In this document: piece after piece, positions 27,273 to 34,341 of the stretch
Layout of the letters: every line of letters begins with the position of its first letter
How positions within the stretch are numbered: the first letter of the stretch is position 1
Notes under the pieces: model-generated
Databases searched by the model: none
Told to the model about the DNA's origin: nothing
The model's input: only the letters and a program-made list of their open reading frames with translations
Origin: an uncultured Clostridia bacterium
Lineage (GTDB): Bacteria; UBA6262; WVXT01
Reading direction: 5' to 3'
Length of the DNA: 34,375 nucleotides
Assembly (NCBI GenBank): GCA_964550005.1
Contig: CAZJWT010000001.1
Span: forward strand, 1 to 34,375
Program-made: the position numbers and the translations under genes

Positions 27273-27502
27273 CCCCTCACCCTTTCCCTCTCCCCGGGGG
27301 GAGAGGAGAGAAATAAGAAGTCAAGCTTCCACTATCTTCGTCACCCTGCCCCGTCCCGAAACCGGAACGGGGTCGGGAAAGGGTGACCAACCACGCGTAG
27401 GGGCGACCCTTGCGGTCGCCCATTGGTCGGGCACTCTTTAGAGTGCCGTTTCTGGTCGGGGGCACCATTTACCTGTCCTGAACATAGCCGAAGGATGGTG
27501 CC
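27273..27502. repeat. Array of palindromic units between the PorV-like gene and the HhH-barrel gene
   Basis: The units are cccctcaccctttccctctccccggggggagagg (27273-27306), cttcgtcaccct[30-nt insert]aaagggtgaccaacc (27336-92), gtaggggcgacccttgcggtcgccc (27397-27421), ggtcgggcactctttagagtgccg (27425-48) and ggcaccat...atggtgcc (27461-27502). Confidence 0.88.
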
Positions 27503-27537
27503 GGTGTAAAAAAGTAGCTTGTCCCCTTTTCGCGCGA

Positions 27538-28416
27538 TTAATCTTGCTTAGTCACGCCGCCGGAGTGCAAAGAAAGAGAAAATTGGTGCTGCCCACTTAG
27601 GAAAGGATGGCTCAAGAATGCGTAATCGAATTCGAATATGTTCCAGCGAAAGCCAAAACCTGCGCTAACTCTCGCTGGGTCGTTCTCTACCCCGACCCGC
27701 AAGATAAAATTTCTACTAAGGGTAGCCTCAAAACCAGCTCTTATCTCAGGTTCAACCTTTGCTGAACTCATTGGTAGATACAAATCGAGAGAGGTAATGT
27801 AACCAGAAAGAGGCTGAAAAAAAGCCCCCACCTTAATTGTCTGGGCTAAATTTTCCGGGGAGTTACCGAGTCGGGGACCGTTCAGGTTCATTGCCATAAT
27901 CCCCAACCTGAACTTAGAACTAATATCGGCAAGAGTTCCCATATCCAGACCGAAAGCGGAAGCCTTACCATAAGTAGAATTTACGCTGGCTCCCTTAATC
28001 TTTAGACTCATAATTTTGACATTGAAACCGAAATATATCCCACTCCCCAAACTCTGCCCGCAAGAAAAAATAGTCTGACTCTCTCTATATTCTGAACACC
28101 CAAACTGTGAATATGAGAATCCAAAGGCTCCCACCTTTTTAGTAGGGATCACTCCACCAAAAAGATAATATCTCAAATCTTTTAGGCCGAAAAGCTGAGT
28201 AGTCACTCCCATGGCTTCTACTTCTTTGACCAGTTCCAATCCAGCCGGGTTCCAGTAGATAGCATTAACATCATCAGCCACACCCGTAAACGCTCCTGCC
28301 ATCCCCATTGGACGAGCCCCCGCTCCCTTCTCCTCAAAAGCCCCGTAACTGGGCGAAAGGGTGAAAAAATAGAAAAGTGAAAAGGCAAAAAGTAATAGAA
28401 AGGCTTTTCTTACCAT
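27538..28416 (-). CDS. Outer-membrane beta-barrel protein, PorV/FadL-like (UPF0164-like) family
   Basis: 292 aa with a signal peptide (…SPSYG/AFEE) and the motif GAGARPMGMAGAFTGVADDVNAIYWNPAGL. The start lies 4 nt after the stop of the CTD-bearing protein upstream. Confidence 0.65.
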   Translation of the reverse strand: MVRKAFLLLFAFSLFYFFTLSPSYGAFEEKGAGARPMGMAGAFTGVADDVNAIYWNPAGLELVKEVEAMGVTTQLFGLKDLRYYLFGGVIPTKKVGAFGFSYSQFGCSEYRESQTIFSCGQSLGSGIYFGFNVKIMSLKIKGASVNSTYGKASAFGLDMGTLADISSKFRLGIMAMNLNGPRLGNSPENLAQTIKVGAFFQPLSGYITSLDLYLPMSSAKVEPEIRAGFEATLSRNFILRVGVENDPARVSAGFGFRWNIFEFDYAFLSHPFLSGQHQFSLSLHSGGVTKQD

Positions 28417-28420
28417 ATCT

Positions 28421-29320
28421 CTATCTAAGTTTTCTTCCTACTATGATTGTTTCCGTTCCTTTGGTTACCTTTCCTGTATTTTCGTTCAGTGCCTCAATGT
28501 GACAAATATATATTCCAATTGGCACGATTGTGCCTCCAGACTCATCCGTGCCATCCCAGGTTACAGAGCCTTCCCCATCAATGTCTACCTCCTGGTCAAT
28601 CAACACTCTAACTAACTTTCCCCTGACATCAAAAATTCTTAAGGTAATTCTTGAACCATCCGGGACATTATATTTTATCTTTCCCTCAGTTGGTCTACCG
28701 CTTATATCGCTGTACGGAAAAAATGGTGAATCACTTACTTCCATTGTCTTTGTGGTAGGCTCCTCCTCGTAAACAGGTCTTGGGATTGGGAGTATACGGA
28801 CGAAAGATACATCATCAACATAAAAGGTTCTCTCTCCACAAGCTCCGGTGCCAGAAACCCAAACTCTTACATTGGCGGAGTTAGCATTTGGAGGCGCGAG
28901 AATTTCGCCTGTTGTCAGTTCCTGGTAGGAAGAACTATCGAGGGAAGGTAAAGACTCTCCTTTGTCAATAGAACTTCCGCTTCCATCATTAGAAGTATAC
29001 CAGTAGACTCTAATTGTGACTTCGCCATCTGGCTCGTTGTCATAAACCCATAGGGAGGCACCATAAGTCTCCCCGGGTGAAATTGTGATTCCCTTCTGCT
29101 GAATATATCCATAACCCGTCCCAGCATCGAAGAGTTTAGCTGCAAATGAGTCACTTCGCACAGGTGAATCTACCACACACCATTCCTTCAAACCCCACTC
29201 ATTCCAGTAGTTGGTAGTCCCGGACTCCAATCCTCCGTCAATAATTAACCCATCACCCCATGCAACGCCGACAGATAAAAAAAGAATCCCAATCGATTTT
29301 AAAATCACAAGTTTTCTCAT
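28421..29320 (-). CDS. Secreted protein: CBM4/9-like jelly-roll domain plus C-terminal FlgD-Ig/T9SS type-A sorting-like domain
   Basis: 299 aa with a signal peptide (…VGVAWG/DG). The N-terminal domain starts IIDGGLESG...NYW and ends FYVDDVSFV, a CBM_4_9-like pattern. The C-terminal ~85 aa (KIKYNVPDGSRITLRIFDVRGKLVRVL...VTWDGTDESGGTIVPIGIYICHIEA...) matches the FlgD-Ig / Por-secretion-tail pattern. Confidence 0.6.
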   Translation of the reverse strand: MRKLVILKSIGILFLSVGVAWGDGLIIDGGLESGTTNYWNEWGLKEWCVVDSPVRSDSFAAKLFDAGTGYGYIQQKGITISPGETYGASLWVYDNEPDGEVTIRVYWYTSNDGSGSSIDKGESLPSLDSSSYQELTTGEILAPPNANSANVRVWVSGTGACGERTFYVDDVSFVRILPIPRPVYEEEPTTKTMEVSDSPFFPYSDISGRPTEGKIKYNVPDGSRITLRIFDVRGKLVRVLIDQEVDIDGEGSVTWDGTDESGGTIVPIGIYICHIEALNENTGKVTKGTETIIVGRKLR

Positions 29321-29368
29321 AGGATTCTAATAAATAACCTCTCTAATTCTATGCAATTTATATTTTAA

Positions 29369-30028
29369 CTACCACTCCTCACTTTCTTCTTGTGACATTG
29401 CTTCGTATTTGGTCAATAATAACTTCTCAATACTCTTTTTGATTCTCTCATCATAAATATAAATCTGCTTTACCCAGCTACCTCTCCCTTTTTCAGGTGG
29501 CCTCGATGGCCAGGCAATCCAGGGCCCCCTCTTACCTTCCATTATTCCACAGGAGACAGCCACCGCATTATTAAAGGTAATTTCCACATTAACTTTCCTT
29601 TTTCCAGCTCCCCTCAGCCTGAACCAATCCGTAACTTTGAAAGACACCTGTTCAAGCTTTTCTTGAGACGGCTTTCCTGTCTCAATTGCTTTCACTATGG
29701 CATCTCCTACTTCTTCTTTGAGGAACTTTATTTGAGGATAGACAATACCTCTCTTGCTAATGTATTCGGGAAACTTTAATACTGTCCTATTGTCACCCTT
29801 CATCACCTTAATTTCTCTCACCACTATACATTCATTGAGCATCACTTTAGCAACTCCAACCACTCCTTGTTCAGCCTCAACTGGCTCCACTTCAACTCTT
29901 GTAACACTGATAGTCTCCAGGGACTCCTTCTTCTTTTCTGCTCCCGCCACTGCTGAAGAGAGTATAACAATCAGCAAGGCTGCAACAAACAAACCCGCCC
30001 ATCTTCTTATAAGTTTTTTACAAACCAT
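29369..30028 (-). CDS. Exported protein with two tandem SpoVG-like domains
   Basis: 219 aa with an N-terminal signal peptide or anchor (WAGLFVAALLIVILSSAVAGA/EKK). Two segments each follow the SpoVG pattern (MxVTDVRLRxV..G..kA.AsITLD..FVVHDIRVI.G..GlFVAMPS....G.....hPI....R..I..avL..Y). They are ISVTRVEVEPVEAEQGVVGVAKVMLNECIVVREIKVMKGDNRTVLKFPEY... and FKVTDWFRLRGAGKRKVNVEITFNNAVAVSCGIMEGKRGPWIAWPSRPPEKGRGSWVKQIYIYDERIKKSIEKLLLTKYE. The assignment is by eye and needs HMM or structure confirmation. Confidence 0.5.
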   Translation of the reverse strand: MVCKKLIRRWAGLFVAALLIVILSSAVAGAEKKKESLETISVTRVEVEPVEAEQGVVGVAKVMLNECIVVREIKVMKGDNRTVLKFPEYISKRGIVYPQIKFLKEEVGDAIVKAIETGKPSQEKLEQVSFKVTDWFRLRGAGKRKVNVEITFNNAVAVSCGIMEGKRGPWIAWPSRPPEKGRGSWVKQIYIYDERIKKSIEKLLLTKYEAMSQEESEEW

Positions 30029-30111
30029 CCTTTCACTCCTTTCCAGAATCTATATCTTGGCTTTCATAAGTTGGGAATCACGAGACGTTAATCTGTTCAA
30101 CCTTATCCTTG

Positions 30112-30687
30112 TCACCAACTTTGACTATTCTTGGTTGATGGGGGACATTCGGATTTAATTCTAATGAACTCTTTGAGAAAAAATTTGGCAAGGGGGATGG
30201 AATCTATGAGGACGGAAGCTTCGTTATTCTTTTCCAATGCATGGTAGCCCCAGTTGGTGCTGCCAATTACCGTGTATCTTTCGTCTACTATGATGAGCTT
30301 ATTGTGAGTGGTTGTTGTGAGGGAGTCGAAATATACCTTGATACCAGCTTTTGAAAGCATAAATCCTCCCTCTTCTCTGTTTCTTATGGTAACTTTTTCC
30401 ACAGTGCCTTGTTCCAAAATTACTTCTACATTTACTCCTCTTTTATGAGCATCTATCAAATCTTGAACCAACTGGTTTTCCAGGCTTGAAGGATACTTTG
30501 GATAGTAGAACATTTCAAACATTACTATATAGATAGATTTTTTGGCTTGCTTTAAGAGGTTATGGACTGCTGGGTGGTATAACTTATTGGGAATCGGCTT
30601 CACATCTTTTGCCGGGAGGGCGAAAACAATCTGTAAAGATAATGAAAAGATCAAAACAGCAATTAGTATGTATCTCCTGACTTTCAT
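30112..30687 (-). CDS. Secreted phospholipase D-family protein, Nuc-like single-HKD endonuclease
   Basis: 191 aa with a signal peptide (…LQIVFA/LPAKD) and one HKD motif, HNKLIIVDERYTVIGSTNWG. Size and architecture resemble the periplasmic Nuc nuclease of IncN plasmids. A lipid substrate cannot be excluded from sequence. Confidence 0.65.
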   Translation of the reverse strand: MKVRRYILIAVLIFSLSLQIVFALPAKDVKPIPNKLYHPAVHNLLKQAKKSIYIVMFEMFYYPKYPSSLENQLVQDLIDAHKRGVNVEVILEQGTVEKVTIRNREEGGFMLSKAGIKVYFDSLTTTTHNKLIIVDERYTVIGSTNWGYHALEKNNEASVLIDSIPLAKFFLKEFIRIKSECPPSTKNSQSW

Positions 30688-30713
30688 AATTCAAGACTCT
30701 CCTTTTGGTAAGA

Positions 30714-31397
30714 TTATTTCTCGTTTTCTCTTCTGACGATGTCAACGAGTTCCAAAATATCATTGAGGTCGTAATCTGCTCCCGAATCTTTGGTGCCAAA
30801 CCTATCGCCATAGCGAGCAAAGGCAGTCTTCATTCCCATCTGCTTTGCTCCCACTACATCGCGCTCAGCCCAGTCTCCAACCATCAACGCCTCATCGGGC
30901 TTGACCTTGAGGATATCGAGTGCCATCTGGAAGGGCTTAGGGGATGGCTTTTTCGCCCCGGTATCTTCGTAAGTGAGGATGTGCTCGAAGTAGTGCTGCA
31001 ATCCCAGGGCAGAAATCCTCATCCATACGGGGAGCTTTGGAGCATCGGTAACGATTATCATCTTTATTCCCATCTTTGTTAGAGTGGTCAGGGTGAGGTG
31101 GACATGGGGATAAAGGCTCATCGTCCCTTCTTTTGCTTTGCGATACCCGATGATGCCCGAGGCGAGGATTCTGTAATCTATATGTCCAAACTCTCGCTCT
31201 AAGACTTTATCAAATATGTGCTGGTCTTCAATCCCTTCTTCCCCGTATGCTTTGTAAATTTTCTCCACCATTTCCTCTTTTGGCATCTTCAATCCAGCGT
31301 CAATCATCGCCTCTACTGCAGCTTCTACTGCCACACGCTTTACTTTCATAAAGTCCATTAAGGTGTTATCTAAGTCGAAAATAATTGCTTTAATCAT
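30714..31397 (-). CDS. HAD-superfamily hydrolase (subfamily IA, archaeal-type)
   Basis: Start trimmed to ATG 31397 (MIKAIIFDLDNTLMDF), which has a GAGGGG RBS. The track's upstream 10 codons read through a REP element. It has motif I DLDNT, motif II VTDAP, K at AKKPSP and motif IV VGDWAERDV. No signal peptide. Confidence 0.8.
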   Translation of the reverse strand: MIKAIIFDLDNTLMDFMKVKRVAVEAAVEAMIDAGLKMPKEEMVEKIYKAYGEEGIEDQHIFDKVLEREFGHIDYRILASGIIGYRKAKEGTMSLYPHVHLTLTTLTKMGIKMIIVTDAPKLPVWMRISALGLQHYFEHILTYEDTGAKKPSPKPFQMALDILKVKPDEALMVGDWAERDVVGAKQMGMKTAFARYGDRFGTKDSGADYDLNDILELVDIVRRENEK

Positions 31398-31409
31398 TTT
31401 AAACCCCTC

Positions 31410-31455
31410 GGACGACGACCCCGCCAAAGCGGGGTAAACTGCGTGTCGTCCCTAC
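31410..31455 (-). repeat. 46-nt two-stem REP unit (TAAACTGCGT family)
   Basis: ggacgacgaccccgccaaagcggggtaaactgcgtgtcgtccctac aligns position for position with 19416-61. Confidence 0.9.
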
Positions 31456-31470
31456 ATTAACTGGGACTTG

Positions 31471-31720
31471 AAAGATAGTTTGTGAAGAGCATTGGGAATT
31501 TTAGCCAAAAAATGAGGACGGCTAACCCTCTTCCAAGCAAAAATTTGTTCGACTCCCGCTCTGCGGGAAGAGTTTATTTTTGCGCCTTGCAGAGTCGTTG
31601 CGAGGAAGCGAAGCAACCGAAGCCCCGATTTATCGGGGCCACGGCTTCGCCTCGCAATGACATCTTAGTGAGCGAACCAAATCCCAAGCATATTTCCTTA
31701 GTGATGAACAAACTATCTTT
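31471..31720 (+). mobile_element. MITE-like composite element, 250 bp, 13-bp perfect terminal inverted repeats
   Basis: The TIRs are aaagatagtttgt (31471-83) and acaaactatcttt (31708-20). It contains ggaattttagccaaaaaatgagg, gagtttatttttgcgccttgcagagtc and the 67-nt cattgcga-type element (31595-31661). The modules match 14703-14928 but occur in a different internal order. Confidence 0.75.
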
Positions 31721-31760
31721 TAAATCCTGCAAATCTTGACGATGCTTAAAGAGCGAAAAT

Positions 31761-33014
31761 CTAAAAATAGCCGGGCTCTACAAATCCCGCTTCAGTTCCT
31801 TCAGGGGTCAATCTCAGGGAGCCGAACTGGATTGTTCTAATCTTCTCCTTCTCTCTTACTGGAGTAAATATTCTTATTCTTCTTCCTTTATAATCTATTC
31901 TATCAATAATTCCTATCCCCAGAACTTCACCCAGCGAATCCAGAAGTCCTATAAGTAGGTTCTTTTCATTACCAGCAATGATATTTCTTAGATTGGAAGC
32001 TCCTGCTTCCCTCTTTACTATAATGGATTCTTCCTCAGACAATGGCTCCTCTGTTACCACGAAAACTCCTTCCCAACCTGAAAGTCTCTCCGCCCAAAGA
32101 TACTGGATACCTTCCAATTTGATTTCTTTACCCGTTTTGAAATAGGCACGGTCTGTTTGAACTTCATCCAGGTCCAGTTCTATATAACCGGCTTCTTTGA
32201 AATACTTTTTATACATCGTTTCGCGTAGCCCCTTCCTCTCCTCGTGGTTTCTCGGCAAGGGACCCTTGCTAACAAGTAAGTGGACGATTTTCTCCCGGGG
32301 ATAATTTTTGACCAGATGTTCCAGCTCGTCGCCTCTCTGGAGCAAAATGATTGCATCCGGGCTCAACATCTCTATTTCTGAGCGGTGGAGAGCACGGGCT
32401 TTCTCTCCCTGCACCCAGCCAGGTGTATCAATGATAAGTATATCGGCAAGAGTTAGTCCGCAGTCAACTAATTTTTTGAGCCCAACGAGTGAAGGAAGAA
32501 AATGGAAGGCAGGAGAGTTCGAGCCGGTAAAATAGAGGGCGGTTGGCTCTACTTCACTCGGAAAGACTATCTGCCTGTCTAAAACTGCCAGCCCTATTGT
32601 TCCCGGCGGACCGATGTCGCTCTGACCTGTATCACAATCGAGAATTCCTACTCTTAATCCGTGAGTCAGAAGTCTATTGGCTAAATAAGTCGAAAAGAAA
32701 GTCTTTCCAGTGTCTATCTCTCCCAAAATTAGAATTACCCTCGCTCCCTGTTTACTTAACTGCCCAGCTAACCTATCCCAGGGATCGGGAATCGTGCGCT
32801 CGGATAGGTGTTCTCTTTCTCCACCCTCCTCAAAATCTAAGGTCAATTCACCATCTACTATCGTCTCTACTGGTATAGACTTTCCCCTCGGAATCGTAAC
32901 TTGGTCAGGATTTTCCAGAGTTTTTGCTACTGCCTCGAACTTACCTTTATTAATTTTAAGGAGGCAGGGGCCCTTAAATAAGTAGATGTTTCCTTTATTC
33001 AATTTCAAATTCAT
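31761..33014 (-). CDS. Clp1/Grc3-family polynucleotide 5'-hydroxyl kinase homologue
   Basis: Start trimmed to ATG 33014 (MNLKLNKG...), because the 28 upstream codons of the track ORF are repeat-derived. P-loop GEIDTGKTF is followed by ILDCDTGQSDIGPPGTIG (the Clp1 DxDxGQ motif) and IIDTPGW. The N- and C-terminal beta domains resemble archaeal Clp1. Confidence 0.65.
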   Translation of the reverse strand: MNLKLNKGNIYLFKGPCLLKINKGKFEAVAKTLENPDQVTIPRGKSIPVETIVDGELTLDFEEGGEREHLSERTIPDPWDRLAGQLSKQGARVILILGEIDTGKTFFSTYLANRLLTHGLRVGILDCDTGQSDIGPPGTIGLAVLDRQIVFPSEVEPTALYFTGSNSPAFHFLPSLVGLKKLVDCGLTLADILIIDTPGWVQGEKARALHRSEIEMLSPDAIILLQRGDELEHLVKNYPREKIVHLLVSKGPLPRNHEERKGLRETMYKKYFKEAGYIELDLDEVQTDRAYFKTGKEIKLEGIQYLWAERLSGWEGVFVVTEEPLSEEESIIVKREAGASNLRNIIAGNEKNLLIGLLDSLGEVLGIGIIDRIDYKGRRIRIFTPVREKEKIRTIQFGSLRLTPEGTEAGFVEPGYF

Positions 33015-33045
33015 GATGGTTGCGGCAATTCTAAAGCAGAGAGTT

Positions 33046-33126
33046 GAGCAACCCTGAAGGTCACCCCTACGCCACCTGAGATTTTGGGCGGCGGTCAAAG
33101 CAAAAAATCACTCTGACCCCTTTTTT
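33046..33126. repeat. Decayed REP head plus two short shared modules
   Basis: gagcaaccctgaaggtcacccctac carries the ctac head with a weak stem. gagattttgggcggcggtcaaagcaaaaaatc resembles 9180-9213. caaaaaatcactctgacccctttttt resembles the reverse complement of 5461-85. Confidence 0.65.
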
Positions 33127-33133
33127 ACCCATT

Positions 33134-33997
33134 TTATTTCTTTAAATATTTTCCTATCAATAGGTCGAGTTTCCTGGCTGTTCTTTTGTTTATTGCCCAC
33201 TTCCGTGTCTGAATTGCATAAGCGAGAGCTGAAGCACATTCGCATTTCCTCTCGCGTCCTAACCTGGGAATGGCAGTCTTGATTAACTTCTTCACATTCT
33301 CAATATTGGCCAGGAGATTCCCGATGACCCTTTCCACGCTGACCTCTTCACCTTCTTTCCATACATCGTAGTCTGTAACTAACCCTAAAGTAGCATAACA
33401 GATTTCTGCTTCCCGAGCCAGTTTTGCCTCGGGGAGATTGCTCATTCCAATAATAGAAAATCCTAAAGAGCGGAAGACTTTAGATTCTGCTTTGGTGGAA
33501 AATTGGGGCCCCTCGATACAGACATATGTGCCACCCAGGTGGACTGAAAGCCCCAAGTCTTTTGCTACTTGATAGAGAATTCGGCTCAATTCAAGGCAGT
33601 AGGGATTGGCAAAGCCGATGTGGGCAACAATGCCCTCTCCAAAGAAGGTATAAGGTCTCTGGCGAGTGCGGTCAAATAGTTGGTCGGGAATTACTATATC
33701 TCTGGGTTTTAACTCTTCCTTGAGGCTGCCGCATGCTGAAATAGAAATTATCTGTTCTACCCCTAAACTCTTTAGAGCATAGATGTTGGCTCTGGAATTA
33801 AGCTCTGAAGGCATTATAAAATGTCCTCTGCCATGTCGGGGCAGAAAGGCAACAGGAATCCCTCCCAGATTACCAATGACAATTTTATCAGAAGGGTCGC
33901 CAAAGGGAGTCCTTATTTTCTCTCTGCGTATATCTGTAATTCCCTCGACGTCATAGATGCCACTGCCTCCTATTACTCCAATTTTAACTTGTTGCAT
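33134..33997 (-). CDS. mtnP: S-methyl-5'-thioadenosine phosphorylase
   Basis: ATG at 33997 (MQQVKIGVIGGSGIY) is preceded by AGGAGG. Motifs FLPRHGRGH, ISACGSL, EGPQFSTKAES and GMSNLPEAKLAREAE are typical of MTAP/PNP family 2. Confidence 0.88.
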   Translation of the reverse strand: MQQVKIGVIGGSGIYDVEGITDIRREKIRTPFGDPSDKIVIGNLGGIPVAFLPRHGRGHFIMPSELNSRANIYALKSLGVEQIISISACGSLKEELKPRDIVIPDQLFDRTRQRPYTFFGEGIVAHIGFANPYCLELSRILYQVAKDLGLSVHLGGTYVCIEGPQFSTKAESKVFRSLGFSIIGMSNLPEAKLAREAEICYATLGLVTDYDVWKEGEEVSVERVIGNLLANIENVKKLIKTAIPRLGRERKCECASALAYAIQTRKWAINKRTARKLDLLIGKYLKK

Positions 33998-34050
33998 TAT
34001 CTTACCTCCTTGATACGACACTCTGAAGAGTGACCGAACTACCTGTTTTT

Positions 34051-34275
34051 TCAGCGACCCTTAATCATTTCGAGTACTTTTTGAGCCAAAGAAATGAATT
34101 CCCCGAGGGATTCTTCAGATATGGTGATGAAATTCCTTTTGTACTTTTCTTCTCCCAGGGGAATGCTTTCAGTAATCTTCACAAACTTTCCATTATCGTT
34201 TTCTTTCACATCGAAAAAGAAGGTCTTTCCCCTCTCGGTTCTAAAACGTTCGTTATAGATTTCTCGGTCGGGCAT
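34051..34275 (-). CDS. PUR-alpha-like (DUF3276) single-repeat ssDNA/RNA-binding protein
   Basis: 74 aa. ...ERGKTFFFDVKENDNGKFVKITES...RNFITISEESLGEFISLAQKVLE matches the PUR repeat pattern (beta-sheet plus C-terminal helix). GGGAGG RBS. Confidence 0.6.
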   Translation of the reverse strand: MPDREIYNERFRTERGKTFFFDVKENDNGKFVKITESIPLGEEKYKRNFITISEESLGEFISLAQKVLEMIKGR

Positions 34276-34341
34276 CTAATCCTCCCTATGTGAATTTATG
34301 GGTGCTTCCAGATATATCGCGACGTTCGCTTCCAGTAATCG

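Noticed and set aside
27503-27537. Rho-independent terminators downstream of minus-strand genes (e.g. after 27538, 24029, 22829, 12886)
   Set aside because: The hairpins present are not followed by a U-run on the transcribed strand; several are followed by A-runs instead. They may still affect transcript 3' ends as REPs do, but I cannot call canonical terminators.
30112-30687. The PLD-family protein as a cytoplasmic defence or restriction nuclease or toxin
   Set aside because: It has a clear N-terminal signal peptide and sits among exported proteins. No partner methylase, helicase or immunity-like gene is adjacent.
33015-33098. N-terminal extensions given by the ORF track for dapB (7933-7965), argH (12813-12824), HAD (31398-31427), Clp1-like (33015-33098) and mtnP (33998-34021)
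   Set aside because: The extensions start at non-ATG codons or codons lacking an RBS, and they run through repeats or through the RBS of the better downstream ATG. The conserved N-terminal motifs begin right after the trimmed starts.
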